Source: Owenia fusiformis (lineage: Eukaryota). From it: DNA of 64,000 bases. The stretch spans positions 33,976,001-34,040,000 of the forward strand of contig CAIIXF020000001.1 in NCBI GenBank assembly GCA_903813345.2. Direction: 5' to 3'. Positions 1 to 12,192 of this stretch are shown one piece after another (position 1 is the stretch's first letter; each line of letters starts with the position of its first letter). A program made the position numbers and the translations under genes. The notes beneath the pieces were generated by a model. That model was not told where the DNA came from. It made no database searches and saw nothing but the letters and a program-made list of their open reading frames with translations.

Positions 1-3000
1 ACCGCATGCATGTTCCTTAGGTTTCCTCTATACACTATGTAGTAGCGTACCCAGTGTAGCTAGCGGAGCCACTGAATGCATGCTCCTAGGCTTACATCCA
101 GACCCTGTGTAGCAGCGTAGTCAGAGTAGCTAGAGTAGCCTCCGAATGCCTGCTCCTAAGCTTACCTTAAGAACCTCTGTAGCCATTGTAGCTAGCGTAT
201 CCAGTGAATGCATGCTAGGCTTACATCTAGACCCTGTGTAGCAGCATAGTCAGTGTAGCTAGCGTAGCCTCCGAATGCCTGCTCCTAGGCTTACATCCAG
301 ACCCTGTGTAGCAGCGTAGTCAGAGTAGCTAGAGTAGCCTCCGAATGCCTGCTCCTAAGCTTACCTCATGAACCTCTGTAGCCATTGTAGCTAGCTTATC
401 CAGTGAATGCATGCTAGGCTTACATCCAGACCCTGTGTGGCAGCGTAGTCATTGTAGCTACCGCATGCATGCTCCTAAGGTTACGCTTATGCCCTCTGTA
501 GTCGTGTCGCCAGTGTAGCTAGCGTATCCAGTGAATGCATGCTAGGCTTACATCCAGACCCTGTGTCCAGCGTAGTCATTGTAGCTAGCGTATCCATTGA
601 AAGCCTGCTTCTAGGCTTACATCCATACCCTGTTTAGCAGCGTAGTCAGTGTAGATAGCGTAGCCTCCGAATGCCTGCTCCTAGGCTTACATCCAGACCC
701 TGTGTAGCAGCGTAGTCAGAGTAGCTAGAGTAGCCTCCGAATGCCTGCTCCTAAGCTTACCTCAAGAACCTCTGTAGCCATTGTAGCTAGCGTATCCAGT
801 GAATGCAAGCTAGGCTTACATCCAGACCCTGTGTCGCAGCGTTGTCATTGCAGCTAGCGTAGCCACTGAAGGCCTGCTCCTAGGGTTACATCCAGACCCT
901 GTGTAGCAGCGTAGTCAGTGTAGCTAGCGTAGCCTCCGAATGCCTGCTCCTAGGCTTACATCCAGACCCTGTGTAGCAGCGTAGCGAGTGTAGCTAGCGT
1001 AGCCACCGCATGCATGTTCCTTTAGTTTCCTCTATACACTATGTAGTAGTGTACCCATGTGCATGCATCTTCTTTAGGTTTCCTCTATACACTATGTAGA
1101 AGCGTACCCAGTGTAGCTAGCGTAGTCATTGTAGCTAGCGTATCCATTGAAAGCCTGCTTCTAGGCTTACATCCATACCCTGTTTAGCAGCGTAGTCAGT
1201 GTAGATAGCGTAGCCTAAGCCTACCTCAAGAACCTCTGTAGCCATTGTAGCTAGCGTATCCAGTGAATGCATGCTAGGCTTACATCCAGACCCTGTGTAG
1301 CAGCATAGTCAGTGTAGCTAGCGTAGCCTCCGAATGCCTGCTCCTAGGCTTACATCCAGACCCTGTGTAGCAGCGTAGTCAGAGTAGCTAGAGTAGCCTC
1401 CGAATGCCTGCTCCTAAGCCTACCTCAAGAACCTCTGTAGCCATTGTAGCTAGCGTATCCAGTGAATGCATGCTAGGCTTACATCCAGACCCTGTGTAGC
1501 AGCATAGTCAGTGTAGCTAGCGTAGCCTCCGAATGCCTGCTCCTAGGCTTACATCCAGACCCTGTGTAGCAGCGTAGCGAGTGTAGCTAGCGTAGCCACC
1601 GCATGCATGTTCCTTAAGTTTCCTCTATACACTATGTAGTAGTGTACCCATGTGCATGCATGTTCTTTAGGTTTCCTCTATACACTATGTAGAAGCGTAC
1701 CCAGTGTAGCTAGCGGGGCCACTGAATGCATGCTCCTAGGCTTACATCCAGACCCTGTGTAGCAGCGTAGTCAGAGTAGCTAGAGTAGCCTCCGAATGCC
1801 TGCTCCTAAGCCTACCTCAAGAACCTCTGTAGCCATTGTAGCTAGCGTATCCAGTGAATGCATGCTAGGCTTACATCCAGACCCTGTGTAGCTAGCGTAG
1901 CCATTGAAAGCCTGCTTCTAAGGCTTACATCCAGACCCTGTGTAGCAGCGTAGCGAGTATAGCTAGCGTAGCCACCGCATGCATGTTCCTTAGTAGCCTA
2001 TGTAGTAGCGTACCCAGTGTAGCTAGTGTAGCCACTGCATGAACTCTCCTAGGCTTACCTCCAGACCTTCTGTAGCCGCGTAGCCGGTTTAGCTAGCGGA
2101 GCCTCCGAATGCCTGCTCCTAGGCTTGCCTCAAGAACCTATGTAGGCGCTAGAGTAGCCACTGCATGCATACTCCTTAGGTTACCTCGAGACACTCTGTA
2201 AAAGCCTAACCAGTGTAGCTAGCGTAGCCACTGCATGAACTCTCCTAGGCTTACCTCCAGACCCTCTGTGGCCGCGTAGCCAGTAAAGCTAGCGTAGCCA
2301 CCGCATGTCTACTCCTATGCACCGCATGCATGCTCCTTAGGTTACCTCTAGACACTCTGTAATAGCCTAACCAGTGTAGCTAGCGTAGCCACTGCATAAA
2401 CTCTCCTATACTAGGCTTACCTCCAGACCCTCTGTAGTAGCGTACGCAGTGTAGCTAGCGGAGCCACTGAATGCATGCTCCTAGGCTTACATCCAGACCC
2501 TGTGTAGCCGCTTAGCCAGTGTGGCTAGCAAAGCCACCTCATGCATGCTCCTTAGGTTACTTTTATACCCTCTATAGTCGCGTAGCCAGTGTAGCTAGAG
2601 TTACCTCCAGAACCTCTGTAGCCGTGTAGCTAGCGTAGCTATCGCATACATTCTCCTAAGGTTACCTCTTTACCCTCTGTAGCTTCGTAGCGAGTGTAGC
2701 TAGCGTAGCAATTGAATGCATGCTCCTAGGCTTCTCTCCAGGCTTAGCTTAACCGCTTAGCCAGTGTGGCTAGCAAAGCCACCGAATGCCTTCTCCTAAG
2801 CTTACCTCGAGACCTTCTGTAGCCGTTTAGCGAGTGTAGCTAGCGTAGCCACCGCATTCATGCTCCTTAGGTTACCTCTATACACTCTGTAGTAGCGTAT
2901 CCGGTGTAGCTAGCGGAGCCACTGAATGCATGGTCCTAGGCGTACATCCAGACCCTGTGTAGCTGCATAGGCAGAAAAGCTAGCGTAGCCACTGAATGCA

Positions 3001-6000
3001 TGCTCATAGGCTTACATCCAGACCCTGTGTAGCCGCCTAGCCAGTGAAACCAACGTATGTCTGCTCCTAAGCTTACCTCCAGAACCCCTGTAGCCGCGTA
3101 ACGAGGGTCGCTAGCGTAGCCACCGTATGCATGGTCCTTAGGTTACCTCTATACACTATGTAGTAGCGTACCCAGTGTAGCTAGCAGAGCCACTGAATGC
3201 ATGCTCCTAGGCTAACATCCAGACCCTGTGTAGCAGCGTAGTCAGAGTAGCTAGAATAGCCTCCGAATGCCTGCTCCTCAGCTTACCTCAAGAACCTCTG
3301 TAGCCATTGTAGCTAGCTTATCCAGTGCTAGGCTTACATCCAGACCCTGTGTAGCAGCTTAGTCATTGTAGCTAGCGTAGCTACCGCATGCATGCTCCTA
3401 AGGTTACTTTTATGCCCTCTGTAGTCGCGTAGCCAGTGTACCTAGCGTATCCAGTGAATGCAAGCTAGGCTTACATCCAGACCCTGTGTCGCAGCGTAGT
3501 CATTGCAGCTAGCGTAGCCACTGAAGGCCTGCTCCTAGGGTTACATCCAGACCCTGTGTAGCAGCGTAGCGAGTGTAGCTAGCGTAGCCACCGCATGCAT
3601 GTTCCTTAGGTTTCCTCTATACACTATGTAGTAGCGTACCCAGTGTAGCTAGCGGAGCCACTGAATGCATGCTCCTAGGCTTACATCCAGACTCTGTGTA
3701 GCAGCGTAGCGAGTGTAGCTAGCGTAGCCACCGCATGCATGTTCTTTAGGTTTCCTCTATACACTGTGTAGTAGCGTAACCAGTGTAGCTAGCGGGGCCA
3801 CTGAATGCATGCTCCTAGGCTTACATCCAGACCCTGTGTAGCAGCGTAGTCAGAGTAGCTAGAGTAGCCTCCGAATGCCTGCTCCTAAGCTTACCTTAAG
3901 AACCTCTGTAGCCATTGTAGCTAGCGTATCCAGTGAATGCATGCTAGGCTTACATCTAGACCCTGTGTAGCAGCATAGTCAGTGTAGCTACCGCATGCAT
4001 GCTCCTAAGGTTACGTTTATGCCCTCTGTAGTCGTGTCGCCAGTGTAGCTAGCGTATCCAGTGAATGCATGCTAGGCTTACATCCAGACCCTGTGTCGCA
4101 GCGTAGTCATTGCAGCTAGCGTAGCCACTGAATGCGTGCTCCTAGGCTTACATCCAGACCCTGTGTAGCAGCTTAGCGAGTGTAGCTAGCGTAGCCACCG
4201 CATGCTTGTTCCTTAGGTTTCCTCTATACACTATGTAGTAGCGTACCCAGTGTAGCTAGCGGAGCCACTGAATGCATGCTCCTAGGCTTACATCCAGACC
4301 CTGTGTAGCAGCGTAGTCAGAGTAGCTAGAGAAGCCTCCGAATGCTTGCTCCTAAGCTCACCTCAAGAACCTCTGTAGCCATTGTAGCTAGCGTATCCAG
4401 TGAATGCAAGCTAGGCTTACATCCAGACCCTGTGTCCAGCGTAGTCATTGTAGCTAGCGTATCCATTGAAAGCCTGCTTCTAGGCTTACATCCATACCCT
4501 GTTTAGCAGCGTAGTCAGTGTAGATAGCGTAGCCTCCGAATGCCTGCTCCTAGGCTTACATCTAGACCCTGTGTAGCAGCGTAGTCAGAGTAGCTAGAGT
4601 AGCCTCCGAATGCCTGCTCCTAAGCTTACCTCAAGAACCTCTGTAGCCATTGTAGCTAGCGTATCCAGTGAATGCAAGCTAGGCTTACATCCAGACCCTG
4701 TGTCGCAGCGTAGTCATTGCAGCTAGCGTAGCCACTGAAGGCCTGCTCCTAGGGTTACATCCAGACCCTGTGTAGCAGCGTAGTCAGTGTAGCTAGCGTA
4801 GCCTCCGAATGCCTGCTCCTAGGCTTACATCCAGACCCTGTGTAGCAGCGTAGCGAGTGTAGCTAGCGTAGCCACCGCATGCATGTTCCTTAAGTTTCCT
4901 CTATACACTATGTAGTAGTGTACCCATGTGCATGCATGTTCTTTAGGTTTCCTCTATACACTATGTAGAAGCGTACCCAGTGTAGCTAGCGGGGCCACTG
5001 AATGCATGCTCCTAGGCTTACATCCAGACCCTGTGTAGCAGCGTAGTCAGAGAAGCTAGAGTAGCCTCCGAATGCCTGCTCCTAAGCCTACCTCAAGAAC
5101 CTCTGTAGCCATTGTAGCTAGCGTATCCAGTAAATGCATGCTAGGCTTACATCCAGACCCTGTGTAGCAGCGTAGTCAGTGTAGCTAGCGTAGCCATTGA
5201 AAGCCTGCTTCTAGGCTTACATCCAGACCCTGTGTAGCAGCGTAGCGAGTATAGCTAGCGTAGCCACTGCATGCATGTTCCTTAGTAGCCTATGTAGTAG
5301 CGTACCCAGTGTAGCTAGCGGAGCCACTAAATGCATGCTCCTAGGCTTACATCCAGACTCTGTGTAGCAGCGTAGTCAGGGTAGCTAGCGTATCCAGTGA
5401 ATGCATGCTAGGCTTACATCCAGACCCTGTGTAGCAGCATAGTCAGTGTAGCTAGCGTAGCCTCCGAATGCCTGCTCCTAGGCTTACATCCAGACCCTGT
5501 GTAGCAGCGTAGTCAGAGTAGCTAGAGTAGCCTCCGAATGCCTGCTCCTAAGCTTACCTCATGAACCTCTGTAGCCATTGTAGCTAGCTTATCCAGTGAA
5601 TGCATGCTAGGCTTACATCCAGACCCTGTGTAGCAGCGTAGTCATTGTAGCTAGCGTAGCTACCGCATGCATGCTCCTAAGGTTACTTTTATGCCCTCTG
5701 TAGTCGCGTAGCCAGTGTATCTAGCGTATCCAGTGAATGCATGCTAGGCTTACATCCAGACCCTGTGTAGCAGCGTAGTCAGTGTAGCTAGCGTAGCCAT
5801 TGAAAGCCTGCTTCTAGGCTTACATCCAGACCCTGTGTAGCAGCGTAGTCAGTGTAGCTAGCGTAGCCACCGCATGCATGTTCCTTAGTAGCCTATGTAG
5901 TAGCGTACCCAGTGTAGCTAGCGGAGCCACTAAATGCATGCTCCTAGGCTTACATCCAGACTCTGTGTAGCAGCGTAGTCAGGGTAGCTAGCGTAGCCTC

Positions 6001-7949
6001 CGAATGCCTGCTTCTAAGCTTAACCAGTGTGGCTAGCAAAGCACCGCATGCATTGTCCCAAGGTTACCTCTATACCCTCTGTAGCTGTGTAACGAGTGTA
6101 GCTAGCGTAGCCACTGAATGCATGCTCCTGAGGTTACCTTTATACCCTCTGTAGTGGCGTAGCAAGTGTAGCTAGCGGAGCCACTGAATGCATGCTTCTA
6201 GGCTTACATCCAGAACTTCTTTAGCCGCGTAGACAGTGTATAGCTAGCGTAGCCACCGCATGCATGCTAGGCTTACATCCAGACCCTGTGTAGCAGCGTA
6301 GTCATTGTAGCTAGCGTAGCCACCGCATGCATACTCCTTAGGTTACCTCTATAGACTCTGTAGTAGCGTACCCTGTGTAGCTAGCGTAGCCACTGAATGC
6401 ATTGCTCCGAGGCTTACATCCAGACCCTGTATAGCAGCGTAGTCATTGTAGCTAGCGTAGCCACCGTATGCATACTCTTTAGATTACTTCTTTACACTCT
6501 GTAGAAGCGTACCCAGTGTAGCTAGCGTAGCCACTGAATGACTGCTCCTAGGCTTACCCTGTGTAGCAGCGTAGTCAGCGTAGTCAGAGTAGCTAGAGTA
6601 GCCTCTGTATGCCTGCTCCTAAGCTTACTACTAAGGTTGCTTCTTTACCCTCTGTATTTGTGTGGCCATTGTAGCTAGTGTAGTCACAGAATGCATGCTC
6701 CTAGGCTTACATCCAGACCCTGTGTAGCTGCATAGGCAGTGAAGCTACCGTAGCCACTGAATGCATGCTGATAGGCTTACATCCAGACCCTGTGTAGCCG
6801 CCTAGCCAGTGTAGCCACCTTATGTCTGCTACTAAGCTTACCTCCAGAACCTCTGTAGCCTCGTAACGAGTGTAGCTAGCGTAACCACCGCATGCATGCA
6901 CCTAAGGTTACCTTTATACCCTCTGTAGAGGCTCAGCCAGTGCATCTTGCGTAGCCACTGAATGCACGCTCCTAGGCTTATATCTAGACCCTGTGTAGCA
7001 GCGTAGTTAGTGTAGCTAGCGTAGCCTCCGAATGCCTGCTACAGTGTGGCTAGCAAAAGCAGAGCATGCATTGTCCTAAGGTTACTTCTATACCCTGTGT
7101 AGTGGCGTAGCCAGTGTAGCTAGCGGAGCCACTGAATGCATGCTTCTAGGCTTACATCCAGAACCTCTATAGCCGCTTAGCGAGTGTACCTAGCGTAGCC
7201 ACCGCATGCATGCTCCTTAGGTTACCTCTATACACTATGTAGTAGCGTACCCAGTGTAGCTAGCGGAGCCACTGAATGCGTAGCTTCCGAATGCCTGCTC
7301 CTAGGCTTACCCTGTGTAGCAGCGTAGTCAGCGTAGCTAGAGTAGCTAGAGTAGCCTCCGAATGCCTGCTCCTAAGCTTACCTCAAGAACCTCTGTAGCT
7401 GTGTAGCGAGTGTAGCTAGCGTAGCCACCAAATGCATGCGCCTAAGGTGACTTCTTTACCCTCTGTAGTTGCGTGGCCATTGTAGTTAGCGTAGCCACTG
7501 AATGCATGCTCCTAGGCATACTTCTAGACCCTGTGTAGCTGCCTAGCCAGTGAAGCTAGCATAGCTACCGCATACATTTTACTCTGTAGGAGCGTACCCA
7601 GTGTAGCTAGTGTAGTCACAGAATGCATGCTCCTAGGCTTACATCCAGACCCTGTGTAGCCGCATAGGCAGTGAAGCTAGTGTAGCCACTGAATGCATGC
7701 TCATAGGCTTACATCCAGACCCTGTGTAGCCGCCTAGCCAGTGAAGCCGTAGTATGTCTTCTCCTAAACTTACCTCCAGAACCTCTGTAGCCGCGTAACG
7801 AGTGTACCTATCGTAGCCACCGCATGCATGCAACTAAGGTTACCTTTATACCCTCTGTAAGGGCATAGCCAATGCATCTAGCGTAGCCACTGAATGCACG
7901 CCCATTGGCTTATATCTAGACCCTGTGTAGCAGCGAAGTCAGTGTAGCA

Positions 7950-8008
7950 AGGCTTTAACACGTAGTTCAATGGGGGAAAAAAGGTTGCCAAACTTATGGA
8001 GGGGAGTG
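7950..8008. mobile_element. Isolated right-end fragment of the CACTCCCCTCCATAAG MITE family inside the satellite
   Basis: aggctttaacacgtagttcaatgggg...gccaaacttatggaggggagtg|TA matches the right end of the complete copy at 33426-34298. Confidence 0.9.
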
Positions 8009-11000
8009 TACCTTTATACCCTCTGTAGTGGCGTAGCAAGTGTAGCTAGCGGAGCCACTGAATGCATGCTCCTAGGCTTACATCCAGAACCTGTGTAGCA
8101 GCGTAGTCATTGTAGCTAGCGTAGCCACCGCATGCATACTCCTTAGGTTACCTCTATACACTCTGTAGAAGCGTACCCAGTGTAGCTAGCGTTGCCACTG
8201 AATGCATGCTCCTAGGCTTACATCCAGAACTTCTGTAGCCGCGTAGACAGTGTAGCTAGCGTAGCCACCGCATGCATGCTAGGCTTACATCCAGACCCTG
8301 TGTAGCAGCGTAGTCATTGTAGCTAGCGTAGCCACCGCATGCATACTCCTTAGGTTACCTCTATACACTCTGTAGAAGCGTACCCAGTGTAGCTAGCGTA
8401 GCCACTGATTGACTACTCCTAGGCTTACCCTGTGTAGCAGCGTAGTCAGCGTAGTCAGAGTAGCTAGAGTAGCCTCCGAATGCCTGCTCCTAAGCTTACC
8501 TCAAGAACCTCTGTAGCTGTGTAGCGAGTGTAGCCACCAAATGCATGCACCTAAGGTTACTTCTTTACCCTCTGTAGTCGCGTGGCCATTGTAGCTAGCG
8601 TAGCCACTGAATGCACGCTCCTAGGCTTACATCTATTCACCAGTAGTCGCGTAGACAATGAAGCTAGCGTAGCCACTGAATACATGCTCCTAGACATACT
8701 TGTAGACCCTGTGTAGCCGCCTAGCCAGTGCAGCTACCATAGTTACCGCATACATTCTCCTTAGGTAACCTCTATACACCCAGTGTAGCTTGTGTAGTCA
8801 CAGAATGCATGCTCCTAGGCTTACATCCAGACCCTGTGAAGCCGCATAGGCAGTGAAGCTAGCGTAGCCCCTAAATGCATGCTGATAGGCTTACATCCAG
8901 ACCCTGTGTAGCCGCCTAGCCAGTGTAGCCACCTTATGTCTGCTCCTAAGATTACCTCCAGAACCTCTGTAGCCGTGTAACGAGTGTAGCTAGCTTAGAC
9001 ACCGCCTGCAAGCTCCTCAGGTCACTTTTATACCCTCTGTAGTCCCCGTAGCCAGTGTAGCTAGCGGAGCAACTGAATGCATGCTCCTAGTCTTACATCC
9101 AGACCCTGTGTAGCTTTGTAACCAGTGTAGCTAGGGTAGCCACTCAATGCATGCTCCTAGGCTTACATCCAGACCAGTGTGGCTAGCAAAACCACCGCAT
9201 GCATTCTCCTTAGGTTACCTCTATACCCCTGTAGTCGCGTAGCCAGTGTAGCTAGCGTAGCCAATGAATGCATGCTCCTAGTCTTACATCCAGACCCTGT
9301 GTAGCTTTGTAACCAGTGTAGCTAGGGTAGCCACTCAATGCATGCTCCTAGGCTTACATCCAGACCAGTGTGGCTAGCAAAACCACCGCATGCATTCTCT
9401 TTAGGTTACCTCTATACCCCTGTAGTCGCGTAGCCAGTGTAGCTAGCGTAGCCAATGAATGCATGCTCCTAGGCTTACATCAAGACCCTGTGTAGCTTTG
9501 AAACCAGTATAGCTAGGGTAGCCACTGAATGCATGCTCCTAGGCTTACTTCCAGACCCTGTGTAGCCGCGTAGACAGTGTAGCTAACGTAGCCACCGCAT
9601 ACATGCTCCTAAGGTTACTTTTATACCGTCTGTAGTCCCTGTAGCCAGTGTAGCTAGTGTAGCCACTGCATGAACTCTCCTTGGCTTACCTCCAGACATT
9701 CTGTAGCCGCGTAGCCAGTTTAGCTAGCGGAGCCTCCGAATGCCTGCTCCTAGGCTTGCCTCCAGAACCTATGTAGGCGCTAGAGTAGCCACTGCATGCA
9801 TACTCCTTAGGTTACCTCGAGACACTCTGTAAAAGCCTAACCAGTGTAGCTAGCGTAGCCACTGCATTAACTCTCCTAGGCTTACCTCCAGACCCTCTGT
9901 GGCTGCGTAGACAGTGAAGCTAGCGTAGCCACCGCATGTCTCCTACTAAGCTTACCTCAAGAACCTCTGTAGCCGCGTAGACACTGTAGCTAGCGTAGCC
10001 ATTGAATGCATTGCTCCTAGGCTTACCCTGTGTAGCAGCGTAGTCAGCATAGTCAGAGTAGCTAGAGTAGCCACCGCATGCATACTCCTTAGGTTACCTC
10101 TATAGGCTCTGTAGAAGCGTACCCAGTGTAGCTAGCGTTGCCACTGAATGTCTGCTCCTAGGCTTACCCTGTGTAGCAGCGTAGTCAGCATAGTCAGAGT
10201 AGCTAGAGTAGCCTCTGAATGCCTGCTCCTAAGCTTACCTCAAGAAGCTCTGTAGCTGCGTAGCGAGTGTAGCTAGCGTAGCCCCCAAATGCATGCACCT
10301 AAGGTTACTTCTTTACCCTCTGTAGTCGCGTGGCCATTGTAGCTAGCGTAGCCACTGAATGCATGATCCTTAGCTTACCTCTATACACCAGTAGTAGCGT
10401 AGACAGTGAAGCTAGCGTAGCCACTGAATGCATGCTCCTAGGCTTACATCCAGAACTTCTGTAGCCGCGTAGACAGTGTAGCTAGCGTAGCCACCGCATG
10501 CATGCTAGGCTTACATCCAGACCCTGTGTAGCAGCGTAGTCATTGTAGCTAGCGTAGCCACCGCATGCATACTCCTTAGGTTACCTCTATACACTCTGTA
10601 GAAGCGTACCCAGTGTAGCTAGCGTAGCCACTGATTGACTACTCCTAGGCTTACCCTGTGTAGCAGCGTAGTCAGCGTAGTCAGAGTAGCTAGAGTAGCC
10701 TCCGAATGCCTGCTCCTAAGCTTACCTCAAGAACCTCTGTAGCTGTGAAGCTAGCGTAGCCACTGAATGCATGCTCCTAGGCATACTATGCGGTGTAGCC
10801 GCCTAGCCAGTGAAGCCACCATATGTCTGCTCCTAAGCTTACCTCCAGAACCTCTGTAGCCGCGAAACGAGTGTAGCTAGCGTAGCCACCGCATGCATAC
10901 ACCTAAGGTTACCTTTATACCCTCCGTAGAGGCGTAGCCAGTGCATCTAGCGTAGCCACTGAATGCACGCTCCTAGGCTTATACCTAGATCCTGTGTAGC

Positions 11001-11366
11001 AGCGTAGTCAGTGTAGCTAGCGTAGCCTCCGAATGCCTGCTCCTAAGCTTAACCAGTGTGGCTAGCTAAGCACCGCATGCATTGTCCCAAGGTTACCTCT
11101 ATACCCTCTGTAGCTGCGTAACGAGTGTAGCTAGCGTAGCCACTGAATGCATGCTCCTGAGGTTACCTTTATACCCTCTGTAGTGGCATAGCAAGTGTAG
11201 CTAGCGGAGCCACTGAATGCATGCTCCTAGGCTTACATCCAGACCCTGTGTAGCTGCATAGGCAGTGAAGCTAGCGTAGCCACTGAATGCATGCTGATAG
11301 GCTTACATCCAGACCCTGTGTAGCCGCCTAGCCAGTGTAGCCACCGTATGTCTGCTCCTAAGCTTA

Positions 11367-12192
11367 CACTCCCCTCCATAAGTTTGGCACCTTTTTTTCT
11401 CCATTGAACTACGTGTTAAAGCCTCCTTTACGTTTGAATTTTTATTTACTTAACCGGCGGGAAAATAACAAATGATATTGATGGAAACGTAACTTGACTT
11501 TATTTCCAATACCTCCAAATTTTCTCAATTTTTTTCCTCAATTACAATAAGTCGAAAATTGATGATAAATTTGATGAATTTTTGAAAATCGGCATTCTCA
11601 TGTAATCCAATGGGAAATGGAGGGTTCGGGGCAAATCAGAAATCAGGATATCTTTTCAGTAAAAGATTCAGCAAAAAATATTTTCATATAGAAAATTGAA
11701 TTGTCTAACCTTTTTTAAGTGTTTAGTTTATTTGATGAATATTAAAGTTACAGCGCTTCAAAGTCATTTTTGAAAATTATTTTTCGCCTCCTGTGTTATT
11801 TCAATGGGAGAGGTTTTTTGAAAAACAATTTTGACTTTAAAGCCCTATAACTTTGTTGAACTTGAAGAAACATATCAATTTTTTGTTAAATAAAGTTAGC
11901 AAATTCAATTACCTGCCTAACTCGTATTTTTTGCAAGGACTCGGATGGATGGATATTCTGTCATATGACTTGCGGCAAACCTACCATTTCCCATTGGTTA
12001 ACATGGGAATGTCGATTTTCAAAAATTCATCAAATTGAGAAAAATTGAGAAAATTTGGAGGTATTGGAATTAAAGTCAAATTACGTTTCCATCAATAGTA
12101 TAAGTATTTTCATCGCAGGTTAAGTAAATAAAATTTCAAAGGCAAAGAGGCTTTAACACGTAGTTCAATGGGGGAAAAAGGTTGCCAAACTT
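11367..12192. mobile_element. Tc1/mariner-type MITE (CACTCCCCTCCATAAG family), right TIR tip deleted
   Basis: Starts TA|CACTCCCCTCCATAAGTTTGGCA, has long inverted arms and is colinear with 33426-34298. Ends ...gccaaactt, lacking ATGGAGGGGAGTG. Confidence 0.92.
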
